Positions 17,348 to 20,000 of a DNA stretch of 20,000 nt are shown here, piece after piece. Source of the DNA: an uncultured virus (IMG/VR IMGVR_UViG_3300032167_000096) (lineage: Duplodnaviria > Heunggongvirae > Uroviricota > Caudoviricetes); the IMG/VR virus record IMGVR_UViG_3300032167_000096, positions 53,952-73,951 of that record. One strand, given 5' to 3'. The notes under the pieces are model-generated. The model was not told the origin of the DNA. It saw only the letters and a list, made by a program, of their open reading frames with translations, and did no database searches. How positions within the stretch are numbered: the first letter of the stretch is position 1; each line of letters starts with the position of its first letter. Both the position numbers and the translations under genes were made by a program.

Positions 17348-17394
17348 ATTGTACATACTGCCTGTTGAAATGGCGGTATGTACAATATATTTTT
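17348..17394 (+). terminator. Terminator-like hairpin in the 5' leader of the endonuclease gene
   Basis: 15-bp stem ATTGTACATACTGCC (17348-62) / GGCGGTATGTACAAT (17372-86) with one U.G pair on the + strand, followed by ATATTTTT. Confidence 0.6.
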
Positions 17395-17414
17395 GTGATA
17401 AAGGGGTGATTATA

Positions 17415-18230
17415 ATGATAGAACCGATGAATCCTTTATATGAAACATTAAAACTAGAAATAAAGCGGTATGAGATTCAAGAGCAGCTAGCATTTGACGA
17501 AGTATTACAAGAATTAAGAAGAGATCGAGTAATTAATATCTACAACACAACTTCATCAGATAATAAATACACTGGAAATGTATTCTTATCTAAAAACTGT
17601 GGCGAGTTTATGGTAACTGAGTATTTTAATTATGACAAAATAGCTGTTATATTTTTAAATAGCGGTTATCGAATGCTTGCTAGAGCAAATAATATTAATA
17701 AAGGCGAACTTAAAGATCCATATGCTAAATCTATCTTAGGAATAGGTTGTATTGGCGTTGGACCTTATAGGGTCGATGGAAATCCATTTGAAAGAATGGT
17801 ATACTCTAGATGGCGAGGAATCTTAGATAGATGCTATGTAAAGAGAGAAAGACACAAAAGTGTACACCCAGAATGGTGGAACTTTCAGTACTTTGCTGCT
17901 TGGTTTACAGCATCTTTTTATTCGGTACCTTACAATTCTATGTATGATATGGTTGTCGATAAAGACGTCCTTTGCCCAGGAAATGAGGAATACGGTCCTT
18001 ATAAATGTCTTATACTTCCGAACTTTATAAATGCAAAAGTTCAAGTAAAAGACTTTGAAAAAGACCGCATTGAAGCTCTTATGAGTGGGCAGATGTCACA
18101 ATTCGAAATTTTAAAACTTTTTAAGTATAAAGAGGCTAAAGAGAGTCGAATACGATCGCTAGCTGATGAAAATCGAAATATTTTACCGCCACATGTATTT
18201 TTGGCAATAAAGAACTATCGACTGTTCTAA
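17415..18230 (+). CDS. Putative free-standing HNH-type (homing) endonuclease, 271 aa
   Basis: Pattern YSRWRGILDRCY...EWWNFQYFAAWF...VDKDVLCPGNEEYGPYKCLILPNFIN matches phage HNH-like endonucleases (YxxWxxMLxRCY...WxxFxxFxxW...DKD...GNxxYxPxxC...N). Start moved to ATG 17415 after the AAGGGGTG RBS; the track's TTG 17349 lies inside the hairpin. Confidence 0.7.
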   Translation: MIEPMNPLYETLKLEIKRYEIQEQLAFDEVLQELRRDRVINIYNTTSSDNKYTGNVFLSKNCGEFMVTEYFNYDKIAVIFLNSGYRMLARANNINKGELKDPYAKSILGIGCIGVGPYRVDGNPFERMVYSRWRGILDRCYVKRERHKSVHPEWWNFQYFAAWFTASFYSVPYNSMYDMVVDKDVLCPGNEEYGPYKCLILPNFINAKVQVKDFEKDRIEALMSGQMSQFEILKLFKYKEAKESRIRSLADENRNILPPHVFLAIKNYRLF

Positions 18231-18253
18231 GAGGGATTTACCGTCCCTCATTT
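18231..18253 (+). terminator. Weak terminator-like hairpin after the endonuclease gene
   Basis: GAGGGA (18231-36) / 7-nt loop / TCCCTC (18244-49), then ATTT, immediately after the TAA. Confidence 0.45.
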
Positions 18254-18301
18254 ACATATTTAAAGGTAGTAAAAGCGTTAATTATAATTCAAAAACGTGA
18301 A

Positions 18302-18313
18302 AACTATTTAATA
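18302..18313 (+). promoter_or_regulatory. Putative phage late promoter AACT-ATTTAA-TA
   Basis: Motif 25 nt upstream of leader ATG 18339. Confidence 0.55.
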
Positions 18314-18338
18314 ATTCCAATAAAGGAGGAATTTAAAT

Positions 18339-18458
18339 ATGATTAAAATTCGTAACACCCCCCCCCCATGTCAAGTGATTCGAAAACTTCTCACGGGGCT
18401 TTTTAACAGCGTTAAAAGGGTATTGATTGTACGGAGGGAGGTGCTCTGTAATGGGTGA
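18339..18458 (+). CDS. 39-aa leader ORF (MIKIRNTPPPCQVIRKLLTGLFNSVKRVLIVRREVLCNG) containing a poly-C tract and overlapping the next start
   Basis: Strong AAAGGAGG RBS (18322-29) 9 nt before the ATG. The frame is open to TGA 18456-58, overlapping ATG 18451 (ATGGGTGA). Too short for the ORF track. Confidence 0.7.
   Translation: MIKIRNTPPPCQVIRKLLTGLFNSVKRVLIVRREVLCNG
18358..18367 (+). repeat. C10 homopolymer (candidate slipped-strand phase-variation tract)
   Basis: Ten consecutive C in AT-rich DNA. No comparable G/C run was noticed elsewhere in the window. Confidence 0.85.
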
Positions 18459-19902
18459 AGCTTTAATGTCCCGTTATGGTGGAGGTTCATCTTCCTCGGA
18501 CGAAAAGATTATTGCGCAAGTTAATGTAACTACTGCAGCTCATGCAACCATTACATGCGCAGGATGCGGAACTGTTCTTCAGAGAACTCCCGCAGATGGT
18601 ACGTCCACTTTCTGGCTTGAAGCCGGCGATTGGGTTATTTCTAGTACCGCTTCTGGATCTAGAAATATTACTATTACGGCAGCAGAAGTGATCGACGTCA
18701 ATCTTACTCAGGTTACCTATGGTATTAGTATCGATATGAGTAATACAGATCCTGAATCTGCAGTTACATACATCGATGATGCTGTAGGTCTTAATCCTCT
18801 TTCGGTAAATCTCGAAACCGGTGAATGTAACTATGGCGACTGGGAAGAGATTATTACCGGCGGATGGGGAGTAAAGCCCTGTCTATATAAAGATGGTGCC
18901 AGATCTGTTTATCTTAATCCTAATAATTATAGCAAGACAGTTACTGGTGCCGATGCCGACATTACTTCTGGCGCTGCTGGAGATGTAATGGTCGAATTTA
19001 AGAAGACTTGGTATAAGTATTCTAAGTCTGGAAATATTCTAACATTCCAGGTTGCTAACTATGACAGATCTGCAGACGGATTTGTAACTTCTGCATTTAA
19101 GACCATGGATGGCAGCGATGGAGTTGCAGGAACTGTTCGCGATTATATGTATTTCGGTGCATATGAAGCGTATGGCGATGCGGAAAATAATAAGGCTCGT
19201 AGCTTGAGCGGTAAGAGTGTAAGTAATGGTGAAAACTATTGGACTTATCAGAACTATCGCACAAATTGCAAAGCTATGGGTGCTAAATATGGCATGGAAG
19301 ACTGGTGTAAGAGATATTATATTCTTGGTCTTCTCATGCTTGTTACCAAAACTCGTGAATGCCAGGCGGCAGTTGGTTATGGTAATATTAGCGTAGGCAC
19401 TGGTACATCTGGATTGATTAATGCCGGTACTATGGACACCAAGGGTCTCTTCTTTGGTGGTAAGAATAAGGGTACTGGAGTTAAATGCTTCGGTATCGAA
19501 AATATGTGGGGTAATACTTATTCTTGGTGTGATGGCATTCAGATTGAGTCTGAATCATCTATTTTGATTAAGGATTGCCCGCCTTATAAAGATGCATATG
19601 ACGGTGAAGATACAAGTTCGTATACTTCTGTTGGTCATTCTTTGCCTGTATGGGAATCTCTGTATCCTACAGAAATGTCTCCTGTACTTGGGGGAGCGGC
19701 TATTTTTGCATCTGTTGGTCAGTCTGATTCTACAATTGGTTGGCCAGATTATCTTTGCGTCGGCGGCGACTCCGGCTGTGTTGCCTATGTCGGTGGTGGC
19801 TACTGGGGTAACCTGGCGAATGCTGGTCCCTTCTGCGCCGTCGTCGACTACAATCCCTACGACAGCATCGACGGTTATGTCGGGCGCCTTGTTGCGGCCT
19901 AA
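18451..19902 (+). CDS. Putative tail fibre/receptor-binding protein with C-terminal C-type-lectin (Mtd/FGE-like) fold; DGR target candidate, 483 aa
   Basis: GGAGGTG RBS (18437-43) 7 nt before ATG 18451. MGEALMSRYGGG start, beta-rich Ig-like segment, YFGAYEA, GIENMWGNTYSWCDG (cf. GNVxEW), and a terminal VGGGYW...AGPF...GRL typical of CLec-fold DGR targets. Confidence 0.8.
   Translation: MGEALMSRYGGGSSSSDEKIIAQVNVTTAAHATITCAGCGTVLQRTPADGTSTFWLEAGDWVISSTASGSRNITITAAEVIDVNLTQVTYGISIDMSNTDPESAVTYIDDAVGLNPLSVNLETGECNYGDWEEIITGGWGVKPCLYKDGARSVYLNPNNYSKTVTGADADITSGAAGDVMVEFKKTWYKYSKSGNILTFQVANYDRSADGFVTSAFKTMDGSDGVAGTVRDYMYFGAYEAYGDAENNKARSLSGKSVSNGENYWTYQNYRTNCKAMGAKYGMEDWCKRYYILGLLMLVTKTRECQAAVGYGNISVGTGTSGLINAGTMDTKGLFFGGKNKGTGVKCFGIENMWGNTYSWCDGIQIESESSILIKDCPPYKDAYDGEDTSSYTSVGHSLPVWESLYPTEMSPVLGGAAIFASVGQSDSTIGWPDYLCVGGDSGCVAYVGGGYWGNLANAGPFCAVVDYNPYDSIDGYVGRLVAA
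19756..19902 (+). other. DGR variable region (VR) candidate with GC-rich IMH-like 3' end
   Basis: Last 48 sense codons: 63% GC, 12% A, 29 end in C and none in A. In contrast, 0 of 40 codons at 19621-19740 end in C. Ends GTCGGGCGCCTTGTTGCGGCCTAA. Confidence 0.8.
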
Positions 19903-19903
19903 C

Positions 19904-19942
19904 CCCTCGAGTTGAGGGTCGTAGGGGGCCGCGGCCCCCTAC
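19904..19942 (+). other. Tandem GC-rich hairpins/cruciform directly after the VR
   Basis: CCCTC-GAGTT-GAGGG (19904-18) and a perfect 22-bp palindrome GTAGGGGGCCGCGGCCCCCTAC (19921-42). Confidence 0.85.
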
Positions 19943-19946
19943 ACTC

Positions 19947-19996
19947 AGTCCCATTACACTAAAGCGAAGCGGCAGCGGAGCGAGTGTAATGGGACT
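19947..19996 (+). repeat. 14-bp inverted repeat enclosing four AGCG motifs
   Basis: AGTCCCATTACACT (19947-60) / AGTGTAATGGGACT (19983-96); loop AAAGCGAAGCGGCAGCGGAGCG; followed by TCTT at the window end. Confidence 0.8.
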
Positions 19997-20000
19997 TCTT

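Noticed and set aside
18339..18458. Frameshifted N-terminus of the fibre gene (pseudogene, or fusion via the C tract or TGA recoding)
   Set aside because: The fibre frame has two TGA stops (18376, 18424) after the tract, the fibre has its own RBS/ATG, and nothing in the window requires a non-standard code.
19592..19954. ORFs 19592..19915 (+) and 19730..19954 (-)
   Set aside because: Explained by stop-codon depletion in the GC-rich, A-poor VR-like segment. They overlap the fibre gene and the hairpins.
1..20000. tRNA/rRNA genes, IS elements, DGR reverse transcriptase, Avd or TR
   Set aside because: None recognisable in the window by eye. The intergenic spaces are short and largely explained by promoters and hairpins.

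Overview
AT-rich DNA from a probable jumbo phage of the phiKZ/AR9(PBS1) type. A Gram-positive (Bacillota) host is likely, given the strong GGAGG RBSs and the SH3b, C39 and tail-lysozyme domains. Minus strand: a partial virion protein gene, a ~3865-aa tape-measure/ejection-type protein (75-aa tandem repeats, C39-like peptidase, apparently inactive tail lysozyme), a 1265-aa phage RNA polymerase beta-like subunit (probably virion RNAP) and a 195-aa hypothetical. Plus strand: an HNH-type endonuclease and a 483-aa tail fibre/receptor-binding-type protein. The most notable part is the last 1.7 kb. The fibre gene ends in a GC-rich, adenine-depleted, NNC-codon segment followed by GC-rich hairpins, the signature of a diversity-generating retroelement (DGR) variable region; no TR or RT is in the window. 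The gene is preceded by an unannotated 39-codon leader ORF with a C10 tract: C10 lets the leader overlap the fibre start, while C9 or C11 truncate it, suggesting a phase-variable translational-coupling switch. An AAC(A/T)-N6-TA motif resembling the AR9 late promoter precedes five of the six large genes. All family assignments come from recalled motifs, not database searches.
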